Positions 25,301 to 38,486 are shown, numbered from the stretch's first letter. The stretch: 64,000 nucleotides of DNA from Lytechinus pictus (GCF_037042905.1 NC_087246.1:7814001-7878000); one strand, 5' to 3'. The notes: generated by a model from the sequence alone, not told the origin. Numbers and translations are program-made.

Positions 25301-27258
25301 AGCAAAATGACCTATATTTTGAAATAAGCCCCCTTTTTTTTTGCTTTTCAAATTAACATCAGCACCCCAGTAAAAAAAAAAAATCGTTCCAAGGCCCTGT
25401 TCTTGCCCTCTCCTGTATGTAAATGAAATGGAAGTCTTCCCCTAGCATGATACGAACTAGATTTATTTTTTAATGTGGGTGTCAAGAGCGAGAGAGGGCA
25501 GTATAAATGAATTATTCATAAAGTAGCTTTAAAAGGGGGAATTGTATTCATGCCTGATTGCAGTGAGGATGGAGTCCTTGAGACAGTCATTGAGAAGGAT
25601 CACATTGCGTTTTTTTTTAATCCCCATCTTTCTCGACCCAATTCACCCCATCCCCCATCGATTCTTTTGTTAACTGCACTTCGATTCTCCCATTTAAACT
25701 TGCCCTCTTTCACATTTCATTATTTTTAGATAAATTCGTTATGAAATCAATTCATTGAGTCAGTTAATAAGATTTCTTCTATCGTGTTTCCCTTCTTTGG
25801 GATACCTACTACCAGCATGTTTGTCTCACATCTTTACCTCACTTTCTTTTTTTCTTCTTTTTCTTCCTTGGACAGGGTGTATAAGAAAGAAGTCCCTTTG
25901 CACATAGCCTATTAATATTAAAGTGGGCAAGTATTTTTTTGATCACCAATTTTTTGTATTTGAGTTTATAAGATCATGATATGGGTAGAACTGACAAGAC
26001 ATCCTGGTGTTGACTTATATAGTTTCCCCCTCAAATGAATAAAAGGGTACAATGCATATGCACGACCAAACATCTCTTTTGTTTTAAAACGTTTCCAGTA
26101 TATCTGGCTGTCATACAAATTGGACAACATTCTTTCACTGAAAATTGCGTAAAAGGGACCATATACAGGTAGGCCTATATACAGTAAAAAGGATACAAAC
26201 TCAGGTCCCTGGGAACGATGTTTTGACAGGGGGTGCTGATGTAAATCTGAAAAAAGGGTTTTCACTACAAAATAGAAATCAAATTGGTCCCGAGAAATTT
26301 AAGAAGAAAAAAAAAGAAGTAATTTTGGTTAGGCCTACATTTTTTCTTCAATTTTAACACATCTTCCAGAATACCTCGGGTGCTGCCGCTGCTGCCTATG
26401 GAGCACGCAGCACCCCCATAGGAATTTGTTGGGGTGCTTCGGCAGCCCCAGCACCCCCGCTTTCTCAGGGCCATGTTACCGTATGATACCACTCCCAGTG
26501 AATTATATCATACAAATCACAAAATGGATTCACAGAAGAACGTCCGTACAATGAAAAGAGCAAGATTACAAAAATCAGCACTTAGGTATTTTACCACCCC
26601 ATTATATAGGAAAATGAGATATCTATAAGGCATTATTTATGCTAGAAAAAATAATAAAAAAATACTTGTCGAGGGTAATCTGAGATGATCAAGGAAGATT
26701 TCTTGTTCCATATTGAAAATTCATCCATCTTGTATTGGCAGTGGCCCCAGAATAATCTCCCCATTTTTTTTACCTCAGTTTCTTCTCTCATATTTTCCTG
26801 ATACTCCCCTTTCACTACTAGTCAAAACACGGGAAGGATAATCGTCCCATGTTCCTTAAATGTAACGCCGTTTCTGTTATCAATTAATCTTATCTTTGGC
26901 CCCTATCCCCCTATGCAACTCCAGATGCAAACATGTTAGAATGGGCATAACTTTTTTGTTTTGAATAATATGTTATTTCCTTCCTCATGCAAATCAATCA
27001 TTTTACAATCACAATTCATATAGAGCAAGATTTTGTACATGTATACGAAACAAAGGAATAACAATGTCAATATTAATACGAATGAAGTTAACTGCCCAAT
27101 TTCTCTTCCATAACAATGTGAAAGCAGAGAAAAAAAATCATATCAATCGACGAATAAAAATATAATTTGTAAAGGTGATTTTTTTTCCTCAACAGAAAAG
27201 AAATAATCTATTTTGCACATAATTGTACAAGAAAAATAAATTAGAAAGTCAAAAAGGG

Positions 27259-27297
27259 GCCTAAGCTTTCGATCCTAGCAGAATCTTCGTCGGAGGC
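27259..27297 (-). ncRNA. Minimal type I hammerhead-ribozyme-like motif (possible Penelope-like element remnant)
   Basis: Minus strand GCCT-CCGACGA-A-GATTC-TGCTA-GGATC-GAA-AGCT-T-AGGC: helix I, variant core, helix II, GAAA, palindromic helix III. Confidence 0.45.
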
Positions 27298-28164
27298 AAA
27301 AAAAAATAAAATAAAATAAAATAAAAAATAAATGGATAAAAGATTATTTTAAAGGTAATTAGTTGGAACATACAGACATAGGTTCCAAAAGTGGTCTAGC
27401 GCCATCTCTTGTTTAGAACATTACAGTGCTCGTTTGCGCTCCGAATTATGCATCGGGGAAAAAAAGAAAAAGCACTGCCCTTAAAGGGAGAATTCCTAGA
27501 CAAGTAGGGTCAGAATTTGTTGTGTGTTTTAAGATAGATAGAACATTATAATTTATTTTCTTTTAGGTATAAACGTTTTTGGTCATCGAGAATCCTAGTC
27601 ATATTCCATCAAATTCATACACTTTTTTCCCGGACTTTTTATTCCCCTTGCGCCCCGCACTCATAAAAACTCAATCAGATCTCAATAAAATTAATTATCT
27701 CAGTGGCATTCATGTAGTCTTTTTGAATGGTTTTTTTTTTGGTGGGGACACCAATTCCTTTGCTTGTTGGTATGGCAGATCTGTTTTTATGCACTGCATA
27801 AATGTGATTATTTGCTATTCTCTTTTCCCTTGATTTTCCTATGTTTAAAACACAAATGACCATGCATAAATATTTCGTTTTAAATCTGTTTTTTTTTTTA
27901 GATGTACGTACAGAGGTCTATTTTCTTTCAGGAAAACTTTGTATTATTGTCTATCAATTATTTCACCGTTTGCCTTTCTTTTTGTCGTTCTTCACATTTC
28001 TATCACCACCATTTTCAAGTATTTTATATCCCTTCGAGTCTCTCTAGTCTTATCCCTCAGCCTCCCACCTCAATACCATTTTAACTTTTCTGAAATTGCA
28101 AATTGTTTTTCTCTCACCAACGATCCTTCCCTGGTCACGTATTTCGGATATATAGTGACGTTAA

Positions 28165-28730
28165 AGGTCAGGTACACCCTATGAAAATGTTCATTTAAAT
28201 CAATAGAGAAAAATCAAACAAGCATAACACTGAAAATCTCATCAACTGGATGTAAAATAAGAAAGTTATGACATTTTAAAGTTTTGCTTACTTTTCACAA
28301 ATCAGTTATATGCACATCTCAATGACATGCAAATGAGATTCGATGATGTCCCTCACTCACTATTTCTCTTGTTTTTTATTTCGAAATATACAATATTCAA
28401 AGACTTTACAACAAGGACCAACTTGACTGAACCATAAAATGTTAATGCAATGGTAATTCCACATGTTCAGGGAGGAATGAAACTTTTTTGAAAGGACAAT
28501 GAGAATAAATCATATATCATTTAATGAAATACAAAAGAAATAGTGATATCATTAACCCCCTCATTTGCATACAGACCAGGATGTGCATATAACTGTTTTG
28601 TGAAAGTAAGTGGAATTTAAAAATGACATAACTTTCTTATTTTACAACCGATTTTGATGAAAAGTTCAGTGTTATACTAGTAGAATTTTCTTTTTATCCA
28701 AGCTAACTCTTGTTGGGGTGAACTTGTCCT
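28165..28730. mobile_element. TTAA-flanked MITE family A (Kolobok-like), opposite orientation
   Basis: TTAA|AGGTCA...GTCCT|TTAA, homologous to 8882-9478. Confidence 0.8.
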
Positions 28731-30900
28731 TTAAAGGTCGCGGTCCCAGGTGGAGGCCTGATTAATACACATCTGAAAAATCAAATATGCACACTATCTT
28801 CCCTCCCATTAATAATCATCTTCCCATGGCCTCCACCAATCAGTTATTTCTTTCTTCCTTATTCTTCCTTCCTTTCTCTTTTCTTTCTTTTCCTTTCTCT
28901 TTCTCACTCCCATCCCTTTCTCTCCTTCTGTCATTGGCTTAATTTAGGCCATGACTCAAATATGAGGTTCAACTTTGGAAAGCCCAAAATGTCACCACTT
29001 TTATTTTGTTGTTTGAATAACAAAACTTCTAGATCATTTCATATATTTTTAACATATAACCAATTATGATTACCATTAAACTAAATCAAGGAATTTGATT
29101 TGATAACAAATCAGTTAAATAAGTCATAGAAATTTTGATTTTGTCATAAATTGGGTCCTTGATTTTACTTGCAGTTATGGCAAAGGCCATTATTGTCACA
29201 AACCAAGGGCCCAATACTGATAAATCAATCACCCAGTGTTACAGATTAGTATCATATTTGGCTATCTATAATGAACATTTATATTTAAATCATCATCCGG
29301 TAATAAGGCACCTTACCAGAACCCTTGAGATATGCAGGAATCTCACAAGCAGCTTTTCATCACTAATCATCACATGTCGATCATCATAGACAACCAAGTT
29401 AGGCAATAAAAGCAAACACAGACATATACAGCATTATAAATACCTAAAGAATGTTTCAATTCCATCTCAAGAAGGAATGCACATTACATAAAATATACCA
29501 ATGAATTTTATCACAAGGGAAAAAATAAAATATGCCCTTTTACAGATTACAGAAAAAAGTGAGGACACTGATAATTCATTCTGACATCAATTCTGATTGA
29601 ATAGATACACATAAACAAAGGCTTGATCAAAATCATTCTGATGCTTTTGTGACATCACATGCATGAAGCTTCTTCTTTTTGCTTATATGCCAAATTGTTT
29701 TTATTGTTCATGATGGGCGAAAATGTTTTTCATTGGAGCATTTAATATACGAAATAATGAATCCCATGACATAAGGTGTACATGTAGCTGCTCGCATATG
29801 ATTCATTAAAGTCAATAATTAATTGATTTTACCTAAACATTCATTAAAAGAGTGAACTTTACCTTTAACAAAACAATGCATGTCTTAAAACTTAATGTTT
29901 AGAGCAATATTGTATTGAATTGTCTAATGCCCTTTAGACATACATTTTCAAAGCTGATCTAACAAATAAATATATTCAAAGATTGTGTATGAATGCACAT
30001 ATAAGTTAAAAATCAAAATTTGTATGGTGTAAACAATGTCAGTAGTAATTGTGAATTCTAATATTTAGTCTTATATTACATATACGTCATACTACAATAT
30101 AAGTGTTTTGCCTTCAAGCCTGTTTTATTAGAATATGAATAAATGAGAAAAGAAATGAAGAAATCTGAACCAAAGTCAAATGTCAATGATAGATTGTATA
30201 TATCCTGCATTGCAAATTATCTACAGGATTATGTTACATAATTTCACCAGTTCAACGCTTATTCGTAAGAGCAACTAACTTAAATTTGTTAAAGGCAGAG
30301 TAATAGACCGTTTTGCTGCCATTGATATGTTATTGACATGTATTATCAAGAGAATGTGATTTGATAAGGAATTCTAAATAGAATTCTGAATAATCTTGAA
30401 CAGATTATTTGGTGCCAAGTTTAACTGATTAATTTTATTGACGGTGTTCTCTCAATATGAGGCTTTAGTTAGTGGTGTTTGTTGTTTTAGCTCTGACTGC
30501 AATAGATAATATAATAATAATGATTGACTTTTATATTGTGCTTTATCAATCTATGACTGCTCAAAGTGCTCCTCAATTGTTGGTGTATTATAAACATTCA
30601 CTTATAAAAGTGACATGTTCAATGCAGAACCCTGCATTGTCTGATTTTCCCAAGTCCTGCATGTAGATCAAATATATTTTGGGGAGTGTGTAGGCGGATT
30701 GCTTATATTGAATATTACCAGTTTAAGTGCCATATTTTTTAGGACTAATATTTAAATCAAGGCTTGAAGCTCATTATACCTTAATATCAAAAAGCTCTAA
30801 ACTACCATTAAACTAAATCTCCTACATTTTATTTTACTGATGGTATATTAGAATCATGACAGATGAAAAATCAAACTAAGATCTGCCCTAAGATATGTAT

Positions 30901-31744
30901 TCAAGGATTCTGGAACAGTTCAACAATACAGTGTTTGATTTGGTCACCAAGTTGTGAAGCAAGGAGAACCCTGAGGTGTTTACGCAGTCTAGAACGTCTA
31001 CAAAGTACAAAGAGTAGGCAACATTCAAGGAGCTTCTGGCAGTTATGAAGTGCAGCGAAGTTTATGAGACGGCACACAGTCCGATCTACCAAATTGCGAT
31101 GGAGTATGATATGAGTAACCCATTGTTCTAACAAACAGTAATCAGATGATCCTGACTGATGTAAACTGTTCTTTGAAGTCATGCAGAACTTGGCCACTGC
31201 AATGATATCCAGAAGACTTTCCATTGTTTCTCCGATAAGGTTGCGAAGGGTTCTACATTGTTGAGGGTGGCAGTCATACAGACTATGAATTACACAAGTT
31301 AGGCTCTTGATTTGAAAGCTTCCAAGTTTTACTGACTTCTGACCTGCTTCCAGGAACTGTCCAGTCAAGAGACATGCAAAGTATTCAGATCTTGCAGACA
31401 AAACTTGCTGACTTGCCTTCAGGGTTTCTCCATTTTTGCAGACAAGGTCCAGGTCGCTTAGATGTTCCTGAGCCATGTAGAGACATTCATCACAATCATT
31501 GCTACTAGCCATATCACCCTCTTTAGACTGTGTCATCATGACTTCATCAGGTGCTGACTGGGCGTCAAGAGAGAAGTGCCGATCCCGAAATTCTTCCCAT
31601 TGTGGAAGTAATGAACGTGATGTATGACTCAGGCTATGACATGCTTTTCTCAACAAGTCTTTGGATGACTGGTCCTGAAAATGACTCAACATCTGTTGTA
31701 TTATCTCACAATCCACAATGAGGCCCCTAAGTGTTCTTCCACAC
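30901..31744 (-). CDS. ARMC5: ARMC5-like protein, last coding exon (BTB/POZ domain)
   Basis: SDLDLVCKNGETLKASQQVLSARSEYFACLLTGQFLEAGQ is a BTB signature. ARM repeats followed by a C-terminal BTB define ARMC5. TGA stop at 30903-30901. Confidence 0.9.
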
Positions 31745-32116
31745 CTATTAGGATTTAAAAATATTTTGAAAGTCATGACTATGAGTGTACCTCACCCTAC
31801 CAATAATGATTATATTTCTAAATGACATGGGCATTCTGATAAAGAGATCTAGACAATTCAAATTAGATAGCAAGGTTGCAATCAATTACAGAATGGTAGT
31901 ACCCAACCAAGACCATAGTTGAAAGTTGATCTTTCTGTTACAATACACGTGTAACCCCCCCCCCCCAAGAATCCTACTACACGTACAATACAGCATAACA
32001 AAATGAACTTTACTTAGAGGGGGTGGGAGGTGGTAGAGGAATAGAAGGGATAAACAATGAAGTAAAAATTTTGAAGCAAATGGAATGCTGTATTTTAATA
32101 ATTTTAACCACTTTAC

Positions 32117-33578
32117 CTGAAAAGATACGGTAATGACAAAGCAGCAGAGAGTTTCCTTTCCTTCTGTTGTTCTCTCAGAACATGTTCCATCTCCTTCCGC
32201 CCAAACGAGCTTTCACCAATGTCCCTTAAGATATCTAGATACTCCTGTATCCTGCTCCGCTGTCTCTCATATAGACTTTTGTCTTTATCACCGATGGATC
32301 CTGCGATCCTGCTGGCAGGTTGCTGATTTTCAATCCGTCTACATTGTCTTTCTTTAGCTGTTAGAGACCTATAGACAAGAAATGGAATGTTGTGAGACAT
32401 CAGTTTGTCATAGAATAATCTGGAAGAAAGTAAATCCTTGAGTAGCACATTGGCTCTGTCTCTGGCCACTGTGTCCACAGTTGCAAAGTGAAGCAGGGTT
32501 TCAACAGAGCATTCTTTAGTGATGAACATGATTGAGGGGATTTGGTGAAGGAGTATCACTTCTTGAAGGATTAGCAAAATGTTTTCTTCCTCTTGTCTGC
32601 GCTTTGGCCGTGTCTCGGGTTGTTTTGTGGGTGTCCTCTCTCCATCGGGGAGATCAAAGCTAAAGCTCGTCCTTGGAGATGAAGGAATTCTCATAGCCCT
32701 AGGGACAGGATTCTTTGGTCTTCTGGAGCAGGATGTTGATGGGTTAGGTGAAGGGGACAGTGACTGGTTGCCGGCCTTGGTAGTTCCTTTGACCTCTGCT
32801 TCAGATCCCGTTTTCTCAACTTCCATTATTGATCCAGTGACAACATGGATAGATAAAGTATCTTCAGGTTTTGACAAACTTGCTGTGTCACATTTCGACA
32901 GGGTCAATTTTCTTGTTGCCTGTGCCAACATTCCACTTTGCTGCCCATCATCATGCTGCATCAGTGACCTAGTCCTACCTCCTGCTAAATTAACCCCCTT
33001 GTCTTCTCCATCTGTACTATTACAACTTTCTGAGCTGGTGTTTGAATTAGTATCAATGTCTGATTCTTCGCTCACCACAGGACTAAAGATTTCTTCTGAG
33101 TAACCAAAGAATTTCTGAGGAGATGATGGGCCATAAAAATAAGACGGACTACTCCCTGGAGAAGCACTGTCACTCTTGGGTGGAGACATCATAGATGAGG
33201 GAAACTGGTAAGTGGGTTGGTGTATGTGAGGTGGGGATGTACTGAAATGAGCTCTTGGTGGTGAGAGGCCTGAGGTATAATACTTTGATGGTGATGACCC
33301 TGCTAAGTTGTGAGGGGGTGGTGAAAGTCTTGGGCTCTCTGGATACCAGTGGGCTGAATACTGCGGTGATAAACCATCATCACAATCTTTGGTCAGTGGC
33401 TGAGGTATTGTTATTGTTGGATTCAAGAGATGTTTGTCAACTTCAATACCAGTGTGAGTATCGGAATCTTCCAAATTAGAATCGAGTCTGGTTCTCTTTG
33501 AGCTACCCCTTTGTCTTTTTCTCTTTCTTTTTCTGGCTCCTCTCTCCATAGATTCATCTTCTTCCATTCCTGATGCTT
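32117..33578 (-). CDS. ARMC5: ARMC5-like protein, coding exon 4 (basic NLS-like stretch, Ser/Pro-rich insertion, helical region)
   Basis: 1462-nt open exon, phase 1 to phase 2, ending AALSLPYLFR. TAG acceptor (an in-phase CAG lies 9 nt further in), GTAAAG donor. Confidence 0.88.
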
Positions 33579-34042
33579 CTATTTATTTAAAAAAAAAAGA
33601 AATTGAAGAAGAAATTTGAAAAAAATTAAAACTCTTATAAATAATGAATACAAAATCAAGCAGAATTGAAATGTTTGAACCCATATAATAACAAAAAACA
33701 TATAAATACAATTTTTCACTACCCAGAGCGAGCGACACTTATTATTATTATTTTCTTCATTGCTTGCAATATATATGATACTGCAGTTTAAAAAATTCTA
33801 CAGTAATATCTGATTTTTTAACGCAATTTAAAGCACTAATGATTGTAAGTCCAACTCTTCTATAAAACTATCATAATTGCAAGAGGAATTAAGCAATATG
33901 TCTGCTCTGTATTGTCTTTAATTGGCCTGATGCAATCAAGCTCTTTATAATAAACCATTGAACCAAGAATTAAACTAGTATTTCATCTCTGAAAATCATA
34001 ACACTGAACATTTCAAAATCATATCAATAAACAAGATCATAC

Positions 34043-34912
34043 TTTCTTCATCTTCATCTGGTTGCTCTCTCTGTTCCTTTACTTTCTTCTGAAGATGTTG
34101 AATGAGTACCTTCACAAGATTATTGTTAGCAAACTGCTCCATAGAACTGGCATCATAACGAAATTCAGCTATGGCAGCAATCACCAGAGCAGAAGGGACA
34201 TCTGGAAGAGAATCTAAATCACCACTTATAAGATCAATGAGAAACTGTAAACCATCAAGTTCTGACATCTTGGCTCTGTTCACAGATTCCTGGCAGCAGA
34301 GGCAAAGGTACTGGGCACACCGTTCCCTGACAGATTTCTTGACGTCTTCATTCTTGGCCGTTGCCAGGTAAAACTTGACAAATCCTGCATTCCCGAGTGC
34401 TGCTCTTCCAATATCACTGGACATCAGATTACCTATGCACTCCCAAGAGTTATATTGTACCTCTGGTTTATGGTGTGATAGAAGGTCAAAGAGATTGGAC
34501 AGACTATCATTCTCCAGAACAGGATTTGCTGCAGCTGCAGGTAGTGTCAGGGCACAGCGTAACTTCCGTTTGTCAAATGGTGCAGTGAGGGCTACGGCAG
34601 TTTCAACTGCCAAGAGAACAAGTTTGCTATCTTTTGACTTGGACTTTTCACAAACAACACGCAGTCCTCCACATCCAATGATATTCCAGAGGATAGTTTT
34701 GTCTTTACTTGAGGCAAATATCTTGAGGACTCGGAGCAGGCTATGGCAACAGCCACTATCTTCAGTGACATCGAGCGCATGGACCAGGATTGGTATAACA
34801 TCTTCTTCCAGATTATCTTCAATGTCTGTGCTTCGGGCAAGATTAGCAAGAGCCCTTGCACATCTGTTTGTAATGCTGATGGAGGATTTTGAATAATGCC
34901 GGAGGACTGAGG
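34043..34912 (-). CDS. ARMC5: ARMC5-like protein, coding exon 3 (armadillo repeats)
   Basis: 870-nt open exon with SITNRCARALANLA and LCLCCQESVNRAKMSELDGLQFL, resembling ARMC5 ARM repeats. TTTCAG acceptor, GTATGA donor. Confidence 0.9.
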
Positions 34913-36379
34913 CTGAAAATAAATAAAAACAAAAAGGAGTTTGGAATGATACAAAAATAACATGAAATGGTGCGGAATGAAAGTCTTATCACTTACTCGT
35001 TAATCAAGGAGTATTAAGGGTCATAAACTGCCATTATGGCAAATGATTTTTCACAAAGAATGTGATCGCTTCTGTGTATAATTGATTCAAGATTAAAGAA
35101 CATATAGATAACCTATCAAGTATCAACAACATCTTTAGGAATAGGACAGTTGATACAGTCATACAGATAAAGGTATTACTGGTGTAAGTAAGTTCTTATT
35201 ATTATTATTATTATTATTTTATTTGGCAGAATATCAAACAAGTCAAATACAATGATAGAAAATAATTGTTACAATAATACAGTAACACAAAAATAATTAA
35301 ACACTGGATTCACCTGGATGAGCTGCCAGGCATTGGGCAAAGTTAACCAAATAACTATAGTCCGCGGACCGCCCTAACCCATACCCCATCCAGGTGAATC
35401 CACTGTAGTATTTTCATGCGAAAAAAAAACCTAGCATAAAATTTCATTCAAAGTTACATAATATAACAAAATGATCAATTACTCAGAATCAAAACACAAA
35501 ATCATACAAACAAATATCAATAAATACACTGCGTTAAAATGTAAGAAATTGAATAACAGAAAGGGAATATGCTGACCAATTATCTAAATTAACTTTGGTT
35601 GGCTTTGTCATGCGATTCGGTATGAGATTGTATAAATTGCAATAAATAATTTAAAAATTGAAAGTACTGTGGTATCTTGGCAAGAAATACAGCATACATT
35701 TATTCAATTTTATTAATTATATTGCACTTAACATGTTGAATACAACCCCCTGAGATTTAAACTGCAATTAATGAAAATGCTATTGGAATAATGAAAATTG
35801 AAATATTGAAATACCATTATTGGGTACTTAATAATATTCACAATCATTTTGGTCCAATTCACCTGAAGTTGAAATATGATCTTTGTAGATAAGTGAAGAG
35901 TTTATAATTTTTCAAAAATTGATGATTAGGGGCCTATAGTAAAAAAAACTTAAGTTTGGGGAAATTCGGTACCACTTTGTTGAAATATTGGATAAAATTT
36001 GGGGTATCTCATTTCGCACAAGAACATGTCACCAGGCTTTCCCCTGATATAACAATATTTTTTCAAGTAAATTTTATGCTAGTATCATTCAATGTATCTT
36101 TTTATAATCTTTATCAATTGAACTAAGTTCTTCTAATATTTGCTTTTGTTTCTTCATTGTTCTAAAAATCTTACTTTTTTGTTAAGATCATTAATTAAAA
36201 ACAATTGTTTTCCTTGTGATAATGAAAAAAGGTATACCCAGCATCTTCCTCAAATGTAGGACACAGTGTGTTAGGCCTACAAGGAAAATACCCCCCCCCA
36301 AAAAAAAAAAAAAATGAAAAGTCAAGAATTGCTACAATGTATTTTATTAGACCAGTAACAAAGAGAACTTTCAGGACAG

Positions 36380-36523
36380 GGGCCCATTGCAGAAAGAGTT
36401 GCGTTTAAACGCAAGTAAAAAAATCTATCGCAAGTCCCAAATGCGCGCTGTTGATTGGTTGAAAATCAAGTTGCGCATGATTTTTAGAGTTGCGATTGAT
36501 TGAACTCTTTCTCCAACAGGCCC
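36380..36523. mobile_element. Palindromic Harbinger-like MITE
   Basis: GGGCC..AGAAAGAGTT / AACTCTTTCT..GGCCC with CAG/CTG flanks. Confidence 0.7.
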
Positions 36524-36540
36524 CTGGGGCCTTTACTTAC

Positions 36541-36571
36541 CAATAATTGCAATTCCAGAACAATCTTTGAC
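36541..36571 (-). CDS. ARMC5: ARMC5-like protein, 31-nt coding exon 2 (VKDCSGIAII+G)
   Basis: TTACAG acceptor and GTAAGT donor. Supplies the phase 0 to phase 1 link needed between the flanking exons. Confidence 0.8.
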
Positions 36572-36925
36572 CTGTAATGAAAAGATAAATAATACCAAAA
36601 GCGTGACCCCGGGGAGCGTGACTTGCAAGTTTTGGTCCAAGGGAAACTGTTTATAATCCGGGGGGGGGGGGTGATTCTTAGTGAATGAGCTGAGCTTTCT
36701 GAAATATTTTGCTAATAAGAGGTACAAATGAAACTTATTCCTAAAAATAACACTATTTTAATAGTTACATAAACAACACTTAAAATTCATATCATCATGG
36801 AAAGGCCTCACTTCCACACAATGATTATTATCAATTAATAAAGTAATACTCATTATAATTGACTGATTACTTTTACAATAACTTTCTGTGATTGATCTTT
36901 ATTCAAATGATACTGATGATAGATA

Positions 36926-37880
36926 AACCCCTCAAAAAATGTTTGGAAATCTGAGTTTGGCCATGAATTTCTCCCAACTCCAAATTTTACACAATGCAAA
37001 TTTTACATCATTCAAAAGATAATTTAATTCTCTTTAAAATGATACCATGCTTGTTATGATCATGTCATCACGAAAAGAGCAGGATTCAAAAGTGTTGGAT
37101 GAGGTCTGAATTGAAAAGCTGCAAAACGAGCAGAAATAGTCATGAAGGGTCAATAGAGAACATGGTTCTTTTGTCTGTTTAAATAGAGATGAAAATCCAT
37201 TCAAATCAAGCCACTGCTTCTGGAGTGATGGTTCTATGAGATAACATTACATGGTTTAAGTCGTGGTTTGAAATACCCATGCATGTTTGTTTGTTTGTTA
37301 TGTTTTTGCTTGTGCAGAGGTGTGTTTGATTCCATGTTCATGTTGATGTTAAGGTGCATGAAAACAATTAAAAGAAATTGCTGAGAAACTTACTCATCAC
37401 CACTGAAAAAGAAACAGTGACTTGTCAATATTGTGTCATTTTGCAACTTTTGAATTTTGACCTTGCCCCCACATTTCAAGGCACTGCACATCCATGTGAA
37501 TGATAATCATATCATGTAGGGTATTATTTTAAAGAAAATTAAATGATCTATTCATTGATATTAATAACACATTGATATTTACTAAAACCGATGAAGAATT
37601 ATCGGTCAAAGTAAAAAAAAACGGCTGAGAAACTTACTCATCACCACGGAAAAAAGAACAGTGACTTTCAATATTGTGTCATTTTGCAACTTTTGAATTT
37701 TGACCTTGCCCCACATTTTAAGGCACTGCACCTCCATGTGAACCATAATCATATCATGTAGGTATCATTTTAAAGAGAATTAAAAAGATAATTCATTGCT
37801 ATTAATTAAACATTGATATTTACTCAAACCGAAGAGGGATTATCGATCAAAGTCAGATTTCCAAACTTTTTTTAGGAGTT
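36926..37880. mobile_element. TA-flanked Tc1/mariner-like non-autonomous element with an internal duplication of about 245 bp
   Basis: Imperfect TIR AACYCCT.AAAAAA.GTTTGGAAATCTGA; direct repeat at about 37379-37615 and 37624-37855. Confidence 0.7.
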
Positions 37881-38156
37881 TATATAAACAGTATGACTAT
37901 GAGACATGGATTCTTTTTCTTAATACTTGATGTAGTGATCCCTTTGGCAGCTCAAATAGAAGCTATACTGGGATGATTTCTTCTAATAATAAGTATCACT
38001 ATGTATATGACCTAAGTTAAAGAAATGATGATCTCATTAATTTCTAGGTGAATCAAACAACGGAAAAATGTCTAGTCTTTCCAATGATGCCCACAATCAA
38101 AGTATTGATTATTCAATATGGCAAAATGTACCAAAATGTAATATCTAACATAGTAC

Positions 38157-38486
38157 CTGCTCAGCATTGTTTTGATCTAAACAACAAGTAGCCAATACAC
38201 TGACAGAAAGGTCAACAAGCTCTTCATCTTCGGTCTTTTCTTTCAAGATTTCAAGCAGTTTGCTCCCTCCATCCGATGAATAAAACTTGACTAGAAACTC
38301 TTTGTAAAATTGCTTGGAATTGTGAATTTTCTCTCTAATGTTCTTCAAAGTTGATTTAATGATCATCGGGTCAACACTGGGATCTAGTTTACCAACAAGC
38401 GCTTCAGCTGTTTTTCCACTTCCACTTCCAGATCTAGGCCCATCTTTGGAGCTGGAGTTTGCCACTTCAGATGAAGACATGGCCAT
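38157..38486 (-). CDS. ARMC5: ARMC5-like protein, coding exon 1 (110 aa)
   Basis: ATG at 38486 (MAMSSSEV...LSVSVLATCC...NAEQ), donor GTACTA at 38156. Joins in frame with four downstream exons to give about 1178 aa. Confidence 0.85.

Noticed and set aside
32579..33103. 174-aa plus-strand ORF
   Set aside because: Antisense shadow of ARMC5 exon 4, non-ATG start, no recognisable domain.
34375..34896. 173-aa plus-strand ORF
   Set aside because: Antisense shadow of ARMC5 exon 3.
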